Of a stretch of 21,920 nt of DNA, positions 1 through 9,660 are shown piece after piece (the first letter of the stretch is position 1; every line of letters starts with the position of its first letter). Under the pieces are notes generated by a model. The model worked only from the letters and a program-made list of their open reading frames with translations. It had not been told where the DNA came from and searched no databases. The stretch covers positions 15,082,326-15,104,245 of the forward strand of contig JANKJI020000001.1 of the NCBI GenBank assembly GCA_024626585.2. The letters run 5' to 3'. The translations under genes and the position numbers were made by a program. Source of the stretch: Ginkgo biloba (lineage: Eukaryota; Plantae; Ginkgophyta).

Positions 1-834
1 ATAATATCACTATAGAACCAAAGTTTGATTGTATAAATTATATGAACTAGAGACATAGAATAAGATCATTATTTATTACTAGAGATATGTGTGGTCTTAT
101 CTTGAATGGTTATAATAAACTTGTGGAAACTGATTGTACAGTAGGATTAACTAAAAAATAATAGGAGGAGTTAAAGGTAATAGTGAAGAAAAATAATGAG
201 GCGTTATCATTTATTTTCTTAGCATTAGAAGAGCATATATTTATTAGAGTAAATGATGCTAAAAAATTTAAGGAAGCATGGTATATATTGAAGATAGTTT
301 ATGAGGTAGAATCTATGACTAAACTATAAACATTAAGAAGGAATTTTGAAACACTCAAAATAAATTCATCATACTTAGTAAATGATTTTATCACAAAAGT
401 GTAGAGATTAGTGAATCAGATGAGGTATCTAGGAGAAGAGATTATAGAAAGGAGAATTATGGAAAATATTCTTAGAAGTACTATAAATATTAAGATGTTT
501 GAGATATTTAAAATGAGTATTGAAGTATTAAAATATCTATCCACTTTAAAATTTGATGAGTTAAGTAGAATGTTACTTGTTATTGAAGAGAGATATAGAA
601 GCATTAGTGAGAATCTAGAATAAGAAATTTTCCATAAAGGTAAACATCAAGGGGGGAAGATTTAGAAGACCTAATGTGGTCTCAAATTTAGGAGCCTCAA
701 GTTCAACAGGAAAAGCACAAAATTTTTATGGAGATAGAAGGGGAAGAAACCTAAGTTATAGAGAATGAGGTCGTAGAAATTAAAATTCATAAGGAAGAGG
801 GATAGGAAGTGTAAGTAATATGAATCAAGTTTAA

Positions 835-876
835 TGTTATAAATGTCAAAGGTTTAGCTATTATGAGAGAGATTGC
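835..876 (+). pseudogene. Copia gag CCHC zinc knuckle remnant (His mutated to Tyr)
   Basis: tgt tat aaa tgt caa agg ttt agc tat tat gag aga gat tgc = C-x2-C-x4-(Y for H)-x4-C. Confidence 0.85.
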
Positions 877-1263
877 CCCACCAAAAGGGAATATATAGGA
901 AGAGGTAAAGAAAATACTACAATAGAGGAGTCTCAGAGAGATGAAAATTTATTTTATACTAGTTTAATGGTACATTATGAAGAGAATGAATGGTATATTG
1001 ATTTTGATTATTCTACACACATGACACACAATGATGAATGGTTAAAGGAAATAAAAGAAGATAATTAGGAGAGTAAATTGGTGTTAGAAGATAATAAAAC
1101 CTAGGAAGTAAAGGGAAAAGGTATTGTATATATTAAAACAAACAATGGTGAGACTTAGAATATATAAGATGTGTTACTAGTACCATCCTTGAAGATGGAT
1201 TTTATTTATTTTGGTTAAATGATGGAGTAGGATTATAATTTGGAGTTTGATAGTGGATAATGC

Positions 1264-2156
1264 TTGATTAAGGATAAGTTGAATAAAGGGGAGGCATTAG
1301 ACAAAGGAGAGTTAACTTCACATAGATTATTCAAACTTGTCATTCCCTTACAACCACAAGTGTTGAAAACCTCAATAGAAGATGACAATGTACTATGGCA
1401 CTACAAATATGGAAATTTGAATTATGGTGGTCTTGTGATGTTAAGAAAGAATGAAATGGTGGAAGGACTTCCTTTCATCAAAGGGAGTGAGAAAATCTGT
1501 GAAGGATGTATCTATGGGAAGCATCATAGAGATAGCTTTCTAGACTCAAAGTTTAAGGCTAAAGAACCTTTAGAACTAGTTCATACTGATCTATGTGGAC
1601 CAATGAAGACATTGTCACTTGCAAAAGCAAAATACTTCATGACATTTATTGATGACTACACCAGGAAGATTTGGGTCTATTTCCTGAAAGAGAAATTTAA
1701 AGCTTTTATTATGGAATTTAGAGTTATGGGAGAGAGGCAGAGTGGTTATAAGTTAAAGATTCTGCACTTAGATAATGGGGGAGAATTCATATCAAATGAA
1801 TTCAAGGATTTTTGTAGGAAAATAGGGATTAGGAGACAATATACAACTCCATACACACCTCAATAAAATGGGATTACTGAGAGGAAGAATAGAACTATCT
1901 AGGAAATTGCCACAAGCATTTTCAAGGCCAAAGAAATTGGTGATGAGTTTTGGGCTGAAGGAGTAAACATGGTAGTATATTTACTAAACATGAGTCCTAC
2001 TAAGCCGTTGGTGCATAAAACTCCTGAAGAGGCATGGCTGGTGCTAAACCAAATGTTAGTAATTTGAGAGTATTCGGTTGTATAGCCTATGCACATGTGC
2101 CGAATGAGAAAAAAACTAAGATGGAAAGAAAAAGTATAAAATTCATCTTTATAGGC
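1264..2156 (+). pseudogene. Copia GAG-pre-integrase and integrase (rve) pseudogene
   Basis: ORF 1264-1866 carries the HHCC-type zinc region and the first two catalytic Asp motifs (HTDLCGP, LDNGGEF). TAA at 1864-1866 replaces the Gln of PQQNG, the reading continues NGITERKNRT, and there is a frameshift near 2040. Confidence 0.95.
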
Positions 2157-2453
2157 NNNNNNNNNNNNNNNNNNNNNNNNNNNNNNNNNNNNNNNNNNNN
2201 NNNNNNNNNNNNNNNNNNNNNNNNNNNNNNNNNNNNNNNNNNNNNNNNNNNNNNNNTGGGCACTTATTAGAGAGCTCTTAAGATGTGTGGAAATAGTGAT
2301 TAGCATGCTCTTAAGTGGCTAACATTTATTAGTGCAATATTCGATGATTTTACAGAGAAACTTAACTTGAGAGTAAAAAAGACTATACTGAAGGATAGAA
2401 AGCTAAAATTCCATGACAAAAGAAGAGTAAAGGAAATTATATCATTGAGTGCT

Positions 2454-3070
2454 CCCTTGGTTTTGAATACAAAATTATTTTCACTACAAGTGAAGGTCAT
2501 TTCCTCATCCTTCTACCAAGTGAGTGTATCATTAATATAGAGTTTTTATTTTCTTGTCCATTATTTCTTGTGATGCATATGGTTCATCTTGGAATCTTTT
2601 TGAAATGGTTGTTCTTTATCAATTTTTCCAATAACATGAGTGCATAGAGTATCTTATTGGATATTTTATAGGTATTGGCATCTTCATATACTTTTGTAGG
2701 ACGTTGTTTTTTAGCTACATGCAAAGTACGTTATTTAGGTTATTTTTTTTAGTTTTGGTCTTCTGTGCAATGCACCTTATCTCTATGATCCGTACCATAT
2801 TTTTTTTTCTCATTAATATGGTATCATATTTGTACATGCTCTAGAGGCACACACTTATACAGTTTTCTCTATAATAGTGTGCACTTTTATGATATTCAAT
2901 TTTTTTATANNNNNNNNNNNNNNNNNNNNNNNNNNNNNNCATAAAAAGAGCTTCTAATCTAATGTTTAGATAATTTTAAAGTTGATTACCCCCTTGGTTT
3001 GATTCCAAATCGATTTTGCAATGAATTTGAAGGTAATTCCTTCATCCTCTTATCGATCGGGCACATCATA
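2454..3070 (+). repeat. Two diverged copies of an ~80-bp sequence (2454-2535 and 2991-3070), probably LTR-derived
   Basis: cccttggttttgaatacaaa...tgaaggtcatttcctcatcctt vs cccttggtttgattccaaa...tgaaggtaattccttcatcctc, offset about 537 bp. Confidence 0.55.
2819..2830 (+). mobile_element. Possible degenerate tRNA-Met primer binding site
   Basis: TGGTATCA matches the first 8 nt of canonical TGGTATCAGAGC and is preceded by ...AATA (possibly a decayed ...AACA LTR end). Confidence 0.3.
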
Positions 3071-3141
3071 ATTATCATTAATTAATGTTGAATTATTATG
3101 ATGGTTATTCTACAAATTAACTAGAAATTAACTATAATTAA

Positions 3142-3165
3142 GGTCATAACATGCCCTTCCTTCTT
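3142..3165 (-). mobile_element. Possible polypurine tract / 3' LTR start of a minus-strand LTR element
   Basis: Minus strand reads AAGAAGGAAGGGCA followed by TGTTATGACC. Confidence 0.3.
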
Positions 3166-4497
3166 GAATTTCTTCGTGCTCAAAGAAGTCTTGAATTAAG
3201 TGCACTTTTTCACTTTTAACATCTTGTTATTCATCTCATATGTCCAAGTTATAATTAACTGTTGTCCTCAATTATAATTTCAACCTTATAAATTTTGGAT
3301 TCATTATATAAGTTCTTACAGTTCCACAAAGCATCATGTACACCATTTTGTGATGAAACAACATTATTTATTTGAGACTCAAAATATTTATAACCAATAT
3401 TTAATCATTGAATGAACATAGTCATCTTATCTTTAAAATTTATAAAATACCTTTTATTCAATTTAGTGTATTCTTTTAAATTAAGAATATACTCATTTTA
3501 TTTATTTTCTCTAAACCTTAGTAAATCATTTTACTAATACATCCCATCAAAATGTTTCATTCTCCCTACACTCATCATGGTGATTTATTGGTGTATTATG
3601 GCTATAAGTAACCACTATTATAAATAGGTCTAGGGAAATCATTAGATTGAATGCCACCTCATTATCTCAGATGTCTTTGCATTTCGAAAAATTAGACCTC
3701 AGGAGGGGCATACATACATTCTCATGTTTTGCACATCCTTTTAGAAGTAATGCTCAGACCTGATAAGGAGGGGAGAAAACTATACCCAACAAAACCATGT
3801 TTTCATACCCAATTACTCATATTTTTATTAGATTAGTTCAATGTTTATGGTAGTTCAGGTCGTTCTCCTTGTTTTTAATCATATTATTGAGAAGAGGAAA
3901 AATAAGATCTTCTCTAAAATTGATCTTGTGAGTAACTACTTCTTTATATATGATTGGACAACCCATATTATGCTCTTGTTTTCTCATTTCCACTACTACT
4001 ACCTTCCTATCATTCGACAAGGCAAGGGCCTTGCATAGAAGGGNNNNNNNNNNNNNNNNNNNNNNNNNNNNNNNNNNNNNNNNNNNNNNNNNNNNNNNNN
4101 NNNNNNNNNNNNNNNNNNNNNNNNNNNNNNNNNNNNNNNNNNNAATTTTTCTTCATAGAAAAAGGCATGGCATGAATAGTACACAACCCTTATGATTCCT
4201 TTGTCTAAATTGTATTCGGCAAATATCTATTAATGGATGTAAACCATCCTAGAAGTGCTTAGACTTGACATGACAAGTTGGTAGTTCTAGAGGTAATTGT
4301 TGATCATAGAATTTATTGAACATTGGATATCTTTATTTTCGGATGGACTAGGGATAGGGCTCATGTTATTTCATAACCTCTATGCTCCATGTGGGAATTT
4401 TGGAGTATGGATCCTAGGCNNNNNNNNNNNNNNNNNNNNNNNNNNNNNNNNNNNNNNNNNNNNNNNNNNNNNNNNNNNNNNNNNNNNNNNNNNNNNN

Positions 4498-4590
4498 TGA
4501 ATAAATGATAACTAGCATAATTTATATCAGTTCCTCCCGTACACATACATACACGTATGAATAAATGATAACTAGCATAATTTATATCAG
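4498..4590. repeat. Exact 33-bp direct repeat, 60-bp period, abutting an N gap
   Basis: tgaataaatgataactagcataatttatatcag at 4498-4530 and 4558-4590. Confidence 0.9.
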
Positions 4591-4694
4591 AGCCCCCCCC
4601 CCTCCTCCAAAGAAAATATGTATGAAATAAAAACATTTTATTATAAGCAAAACATTATCTAACACATACATAATGTTAAGTGTCTAGGACTAAT

Positions 4695-4755
4695 ACTTAC
4701 TACCTTTTCATGTCTTTTGGTTAGTGATTATATAAGACATGAAAAGGTAGTAAGT
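4695..4755. repeat. Perfect 22-bp inverted repeat with 17-nt loop
   Basis: acttactaccttttcatgtctt (4695-4716) is the exact reverse complement of aagacatgaaaaggtagtaagt (4734-4755). Confidence 0.95.
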
Positions 4756-4968
4756 GCTCTCTTACTAAATTATGTGTGGGAAACATAGGTCATATGTCCC
4801 CACTTGATGCATGGGTTGTTACGATAGATCATGGAATTCAACAAGAAAAGAAAAGATAAAAAAAGACAGATCGTGTTTATTATCTTTATTATTTATCGAT
4901 ACCTATGAACATATTTTTGACTCATTACAAGAACATTATTTAAAAGAAAAGATATATCATGATGGATT

Positions 4969-5037
4969 CACGTGAGGAATCATGGTTATTTGTTCAGTGT
5001 GGTACGTGTTAGGTACTTGATACAAACACGTGGGTCC
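4969..5037. promoter_or_regulatory. Cluster of ACGT-core motifs (two G-boxes) plus a TCP-like site downstream of the OFP gene
   Basis: CACGTG 4969-4974, TACGTG 5003-5008, CACGTG 5027-5032 overlapping GTGGGTCC (reverse GGACCCAC, fits class I TCP GGNCCCAC). CpGs survive here despite CpG-poor flanks. Confidence 0.35.
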
Positions 5038-5084
5038 ATTTTACTAAAGGTTTAACCCAACTTGGACACCTCGCATATTAAGTG

Positions 5085-5141
5085 CGTTGGTGACACATCA
5101 TATCATGGTTAGTGATATAAAACGTTGGTTACACATCATAT
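5085..5141. repeat. 19-bp direct repeat (1 mismatch), 38-bp period
   Basis: cgttggtgacacatcatat (5085-5103) vs cgttggttacacatcatat (5123-5141). Confidence 0.8.
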
Positions 5142-5428
5142 TAAAGGTTTAATTTTGATTTCAAATCTAATAATGCATTGTATGTCCAAACACACCACCG
5201 AAGAGCAAAAGAAACATCTCTTAACCCACCATAAAATCAGTTGCACAGAAATGGAGAAACTCATACAATGTAAATTATATGTTGAATATACAAACAACTG
5301 AACTTTCCCAAACAAGCCAAAAGCACAAAAGACATTACATTGATCTAGCCAAAAATAAAAATCATTTCGAGACATAAATGAGTCGCAAACCCCATCAAAG
5401 CAAAAGACCAAATTAAATGATTTTAGAC

Positions 5429-6166
5429 TCAGATTTTGGAGCAAAGCTGATGTCGCCAAACGCTAGTTTTGTGTCTCTTGGGCTTCCTTGTGGATGTGCA
5501 GGGCGATAGACGTGAGGATTCGATCTCTTGACCATTGGTTTGCACAGAGGAGGACGTGAATTCAATGCCCAACTCAACAAACACCATTGCAAATGCACGC
5601 GTTATGAGCCTGTGATACTCGGGAGCATTCAACGCCAAATAACAGCAAGCCAGTTGATCCAGGAAATTTGGGTCCCGGGAGTCGTTCTCCATTATCATCT
5701 CATGTATGGAGTCTCGAAAGTCCTGCAGGGGATTGGATGAGTACATTACCAGAGCCACCGTGTCTCCTGTTAATCCGCTCCCAAACTCACGAGGCAGACT
5801 CACTGAAAAACTTCTTCTGAAAACACTATCCAAATCCTTCTCGGCTCTCACATTAGGTCCCAGGATCGATCCCTCGCCTTCCACTATCAAATCCTGAAGT
5901 GTTTTACGACTGCACGATCTTCTTCTGCTCACATTCATCTGCATAACTGCTCCACCGCTCGACTTTTCAGTGAGCAAATTGCCATTATTATTATTATTAG
6001 CTGCAATATTGGATTTGGTTCCCTCTGTGAAAATCCGCCATAGCCTGCGTACCATGGAGTTGTATCCATTGACAATACACACTGAGCTGCTTGGTCTCTG
6101 CACATACAGTTTTGGCAAATTCCTTGTCTGGCTCTTATTCGTCATAATCTTCCTCTCAGTCTGCAT
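5429..6166 (-). CDS. OFP: OVATE family protein (transcriptional repressor / organ-shape regulator), 245 aa, intronless
   Basis: aa ~137-199 (nt ~5570-5758) VALVMYSSNPLQDFRDSIHEMIMENDSRDPNFLDQLACCYLALNAPEYHRLITRAFAMV matches the OVATE (DUF623) consensus AVVKxSxDPxxDFRxSMxEMIxExxxxxxxxLEELLxCYLxLNxxExHxxIxxAF. Uninterrupted ORF, GC and CpG richer than flanks, ATG in an AAAAAATG context. Most OFP genes lack introns. Confidence 0.95.
   Translation of the reverse strand: MQTERKIMTNKSQTRNLPKLYVQRPSSSVCIVNGYNSMVRRLWRIFTEGTKSNIAANNNNNGNLLTEKSSGGAVMQMNVSRRRSCSRKTLQDLIVEGEGSILGPNVRAEKDLDSVFRRSFSVSLPREFGSGLTGDTVALVMYSSNPLQDFRDSIHEMIMENDSRDPNFLDQLACCYLALNAPEYHRLITRAFAMVFVELGIEFTSSSVQTNGQEIESSRLSPCTSTRKPKRHKTSVWRHQLCSKI
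5984..5998 (-). repeat. (AAT)5 microsatellite encoding poly-Asn in the OFP N-terminal region
   Basis: attattattattatt on +, NNNNN in the protein. Confidence 0.85.
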
Positions 6167-6181
6167 TTTTTCTTTCCCCCC

Positions 6182-6278
6182 CTCCAGATCTGGAGATCTA
6201 ACAGATCGAATGCCAAAATCTATTGCAGCCTTTTTGTATAGATCGCAGACGTCATGTAGCTATGCAGTCCAATCCAAT
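6182..6278 (-). promoter_or_regulatory. Putative OFP core promoter / 5' UTR
   Basis: TATA-like TATACAAAAA on minus at 6240-6231 (about 65-75 nt before the ATG), TGACGTC bZIP C-box at 6254-6248, tandem CCAAT at 6269-6278, and the 14-bp palindrome CTCCAGATCTGGAG at 6182-6195. Confidence 0.5.
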
Positions 6279-6849
6279 CTAAGTAAGTGAGGGGTAGAAT
6301 CACAAGTGTATTGAATACGAAATCCGAACAATAATTCCATGGCCAGTGCACGGAAGGTGATTGTGTAGTGAATTTAATGGTCTCAAGCTGACAGTACTAT
6401 TTTAATCGTAGCGCACACTCTAATAGATCTCCACCTTTCTCTCGTATGTCGACGTAGCTCGATAGTAGAGCCGAACGAACATTGTTGTAGAGGCACGCAA
6501 CCCCACCTGCATGTGAAAGGGACCAGGCCTTTGTGATAACGCCTGCCCTGCCCCTTTTGCTTTCTTTCTCTACTGCGATGNNNNNNNNNNNNNNNNNNNN
6601 NNNNNNNNNNNNNNNNNNNNNNNNNNNNNNNNNNNNNNNNNNNNNNNNNNNNNNNNNNNNNNNNNNNNNNNNNNNNNNNNATAGAACTAAATTGGCATGG
6701 GGTGTTTATAATGTGGTTGATAATAAACATTACCTTTTACATAGAATGGAAAATAATTCATTCACATTGATTATATCCATCCATACCTAGGGAAAAATTG
6801 GGCTTATCATATTGATAAAATATTGGATCAAAATGTGTTTCTTCCTTGA

Positions 6850-8746
6850 AGTTTTGGTTCTAAATTTTTGTTATTTTATATATTTGAGTGAAATATAGAT
6901 ATATAAATACATCTTCTCCTCTTTTTATTATAGATTTGAAACATCTTAGTAGAGGATAATTATTTTCTTCATGACACTTTTCATAAATTCCATATTGATC
7001 TATAACATATCAACTAAACATTCAATCTCTAGATGTTATTGTTTATACTCTAAGAAGTATATTGATAATGGTATAGTTGTGTTTAGGTATAGGATTTTAT
7101 CATTCAATTTTGAATTGGTCAACTAGGATGTGCCATATATGGTAGTATTTCCTACTTCAAATCTACAAACAAAACTCTCATATTTTCTTTATTTACTCCC
7201 TTAATGATGGATCCATTATTTTTAAGGTTAATGGGTGAGAAGGAAACTACTTTTATCATATTATTTATTTCTTATTTTTTTAATTCTTGTGAAGTTTACA
7301 AATATGATTCATTAATTCCTTACTAATAAATTATTGATACTTCTCTAGTAGAGAGTAAGTTTATCCACATGTGTATATTTAGATTCATACNNNNNNNNNN
7401 NNNNNNNNNNNATATTATTTTTAAAGTAGAATATTCATGTTTATATTTCAAACATCATTTGGTAAAATAATATAAACACTTAATGTATTCCAATAATTCA
7501 TCCTCTTATTTATTCAAATATAAAATATCCTCCTAGAAATTTACGTCTTTATAATAACTCTATTATATTTTAAATATAGTGTATGTATTTTTTCCTATAT
7601 GATGATTGACCCTCCTTATAAACTCATAAACCAGTACAAAGTCAACCCTTTCAATATTAATAGGAATAGTTTAAAATTATTTACATTATTTAGATATTCA
7701 TAAAATATATAAATAACATCAAATTCTAATAAAAATACATCTAAGTATTCTTTAATTATTTCCTATTATTATTGAAATGATGATGGTGGAATGTTATTCA
7801 ATGCACTTATTCAAACTTTAGCCATGATGGTAATAGGTAAGATAATTATATTTGATTCAACATTTATAACCTCCTCTTGTTTGTTTATCTTATTTTCTAT
7901 GGTTATATTTTCGTTCTNNNNNNNNNNNNNNNNNNNNNNNNNNNNNNNNNNNNNNNNNNNNNNNNNNNNNNNNNNNNNNNNNNNNNNNNNNNNCAATTGG
8001 CCTTGAGTATTATGGGGATAATTTTTAATAATAGGAATAGAGTGCATCTTGATTCAAATTCCCTCCTATTATTGCTCATTCCATTCTCTCCTTTATTGAT
8101 TTAAGTAAGATCAATAATAGTCCAAGGAAGATTATTTTTTCTTATGGAAAAATTAGTTCAACCATTTCTATTAAAATCATTCTTTTATTTTTCTTCATTC
8201 TTATTTAAATGTCTATTTAAAATAGATGATTTAGTTTCATAATCCCTAACAATAGTGCCAAAATATCTCCAAAATTATCAAATTATCATTTAAAATTGTC
8301 ATCATAGATTTATAATTTAGATATATAATTTAAAGTAAGATATCTACTATCTATAAATTATTATTTAAAGTGAAATAATTAACTATCAACTAGAAAAATA
8401 AGACACTATAATATAAAATTATATTTATCAAATCAAAAAATTAAAATAGTCTTATATATGAGGGAAACACTCTTAGTGCTAGATGGGGATACTTAATAAA
8501 AATAAACCAATGTTACTTTAAATTACTCTCTATTTTGGAAGAAATATTTTCTTGATTTATTCATTAATAAATGTGAATTTATATAAATTTCAATTGGAAT
8601 TTGATAATATCCAAGTGTTATATTACAATGACTATCTCTTAATTAAGGTTGAATATAAACAATATCAAGGGAATATCTAGATTTAATATACTTCAAGGGT
8701 ATCTGTAAGTACATAAATATTGAAGGTAACTTATCTTCATAAGAAC
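6850..8746 (-). mobile_element. Highly degenerate L1-clade LINE ORF2 relic (RT through C-terminal zf-RVT region)
   Basis: Minus-strand motifs in correct order. INE*IKKIFLPK*RVI*SN (8568-8512) has the spacing of INGxxxxxFxPxRGLRQGD. Then FLGLLL (8129-8112, YLGLPL), IKMHSIPI (~8050-8030, IKSVLxSIP), IMAKV* (~7820), IGKNTYTIF (~7598-7572, IGxGxxTxFW), IPKH (7090-7079), TSRD*M and YEKCHEENNYPLLRC (~6985-6940, decayed CCHC finger). Boundaries approximate. Confidence 0.72.
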
Positions 8747-8846
8747 NNNNNNNNNNNNNNNNNNNNNNNNNNNNNNNNNNNNNNNNNNNNNNNNNNNNNN
8801 NNNNNNNNNNNNNNNNNNNNNNNNNNNNNNNNNNNNNNNNNNNNNN

Positions 8847-9630
8847 ACAAAATTTGTTATTTGGATATCAGTATGAGTTCTTTGATGATACAATTTCAAC
8901 AAGACGACTCCACGTCATCCAACATGTGAGGCGATACACGCGAGCAGTCCTTATTACATGAATGCAAGTACGTTGATATGATGCCCCTGAAAATTAGTAC
9001 ATTTATCTACTGCCACATGTCTTTAAGTACATATGAGCCATGCCACCTTAAAGAATGATGTGAACTCGTTCTCACTACCACACTTGATATAAGAATGGAG
9101 TCATTGTACTGCCATCTCAGCATAAAAAGAGGGGCCGCATTCAACAGCGTAGCAATATAATAATTATTCACCACCCCCCATTTCATTCGAAACAGTATAA
9201 TTATTGATGTTGCGCAATATATTAATTACAATAATTGCCTTCAATTGTTGCTACTTGCACCGAATGTTCAAGCAACGCTTTGTTCGAAGTCAACGGAATT
9301 TGGCTAGGGGGGGTGCATGCACAGAATCTTGAGGATAAACGTAAGGAGGAAGTATTGTTACCTCACATTGCGACAATTCAACGGGACCAGGTGAACCAGG
9401 GTGGACTTCAGGGAAGCAAATTTAAAGGTGAACAGGCATTCAAAGAAGCTAGTACAATGATAGGAAGTTCAATTTCATCAGACGGAGAAGCAACTCAGGA
9501 GGAGTATGGGGCGATTGTGGTTGAGGAAGAACAATATTCTACGACAGTGCAAAGTTTCCCACAACAAGTGAAGATGTGACGAGAATCAAACATGAGGAAG
9601 ACCATCGAAAAAATCCCTCGTTTGTAAGCA
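8847..9630. other. CpG-retaining, GC-enriched island (candidate distal regulatory region or orphan exon/pseudogene)
   Basis: Many intact CG dinucleotides (e.g. ccacgtca, gcgatacacgcgagc, ggccgc, cagcgtag, gttcgaag) unlike the flanking TE DNA. Contains the 114-codon open frame 9235-9579 (TTG start, no recognisable domain). Confidence 0.55.
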
Positions 9631-9660
9631 TTGTTAAAAGTGACCCATATGTATCAATTT

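Larger units (their letters stand above)
3..2156 (+). mobile_element. Degenerate Ty1/copia LTR retrotransposon internal region (gag - Zn knuckle - protease - GAG-pre-integrase - integrase - SH3-like), cut by window start and an N gap
   Basis: Hand translation. Frame 3 from ~15: EPKFDCINYMN*RHRIRSLFITRDMCGLILNGY (copia gag N-terminal, DUF4219-like) and KEAWYILK...KL*TLRRNFETLK...LVNQMRYLGE (Retrotran_gag_2-like). Frame 1: CYKCQRFSYYERDC at 835-876, WYIDFDYSTHMT at 991-1026, WHYKYGNLN...CEGCIYGK, PLELVHTDLCGPM, DNGGEF, YTPQ*NGITERKNRT. After a frameshift near 2040: KPNVSNLRVFGCIAYAHVP...FIFIG. Domain order PR then INT is copia-type. Confidence 0.96.

Noticed and set aside
3600-4043. HIIEKRKNKIF resembling the LINE ORF2 C-terminal IWxERNxRIF
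   Set aside because: A single weak motif with no convincing zinc finger upstream.
4144-4419. NLYAP...WILG on + (LINE endonuclease-like) and a weak KGI..GC..LF on - (LINE RT-like)
   Set aside because: The two readings conflict, motif spacing is wrong, and the contig is short and gap-bounded.
4498-4590. 33-bp repeat with 27-nt spacer resembling a minimal CRISPR array
   Set aside because: Only two copies, not palindromic, no cas genes, plant nuclear context and directly beside an N gap. A local tandem duplication or gap-edge artefact is far more likely.
5136-6290. ORFs overlapping or flanking OFP (5136-5459, 5413-5598, 5528-5740, 5706-5897, 5970-6290)
   Set aside because: Shadow frames of a GC-richer coding region or of the U-rich 3' UTR, with no recognisable domains.
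9326-9362. CTTGAGGATAAA...AAGGAGGAAGTA-TTGTTAC resembling a chromovirus LEDK/PPT/LTR junction
   Set aside because: No upstream chromodomain and the spacing is too short. Retained CpGs argue against old TE sequence, though a young insertion is not excluded.
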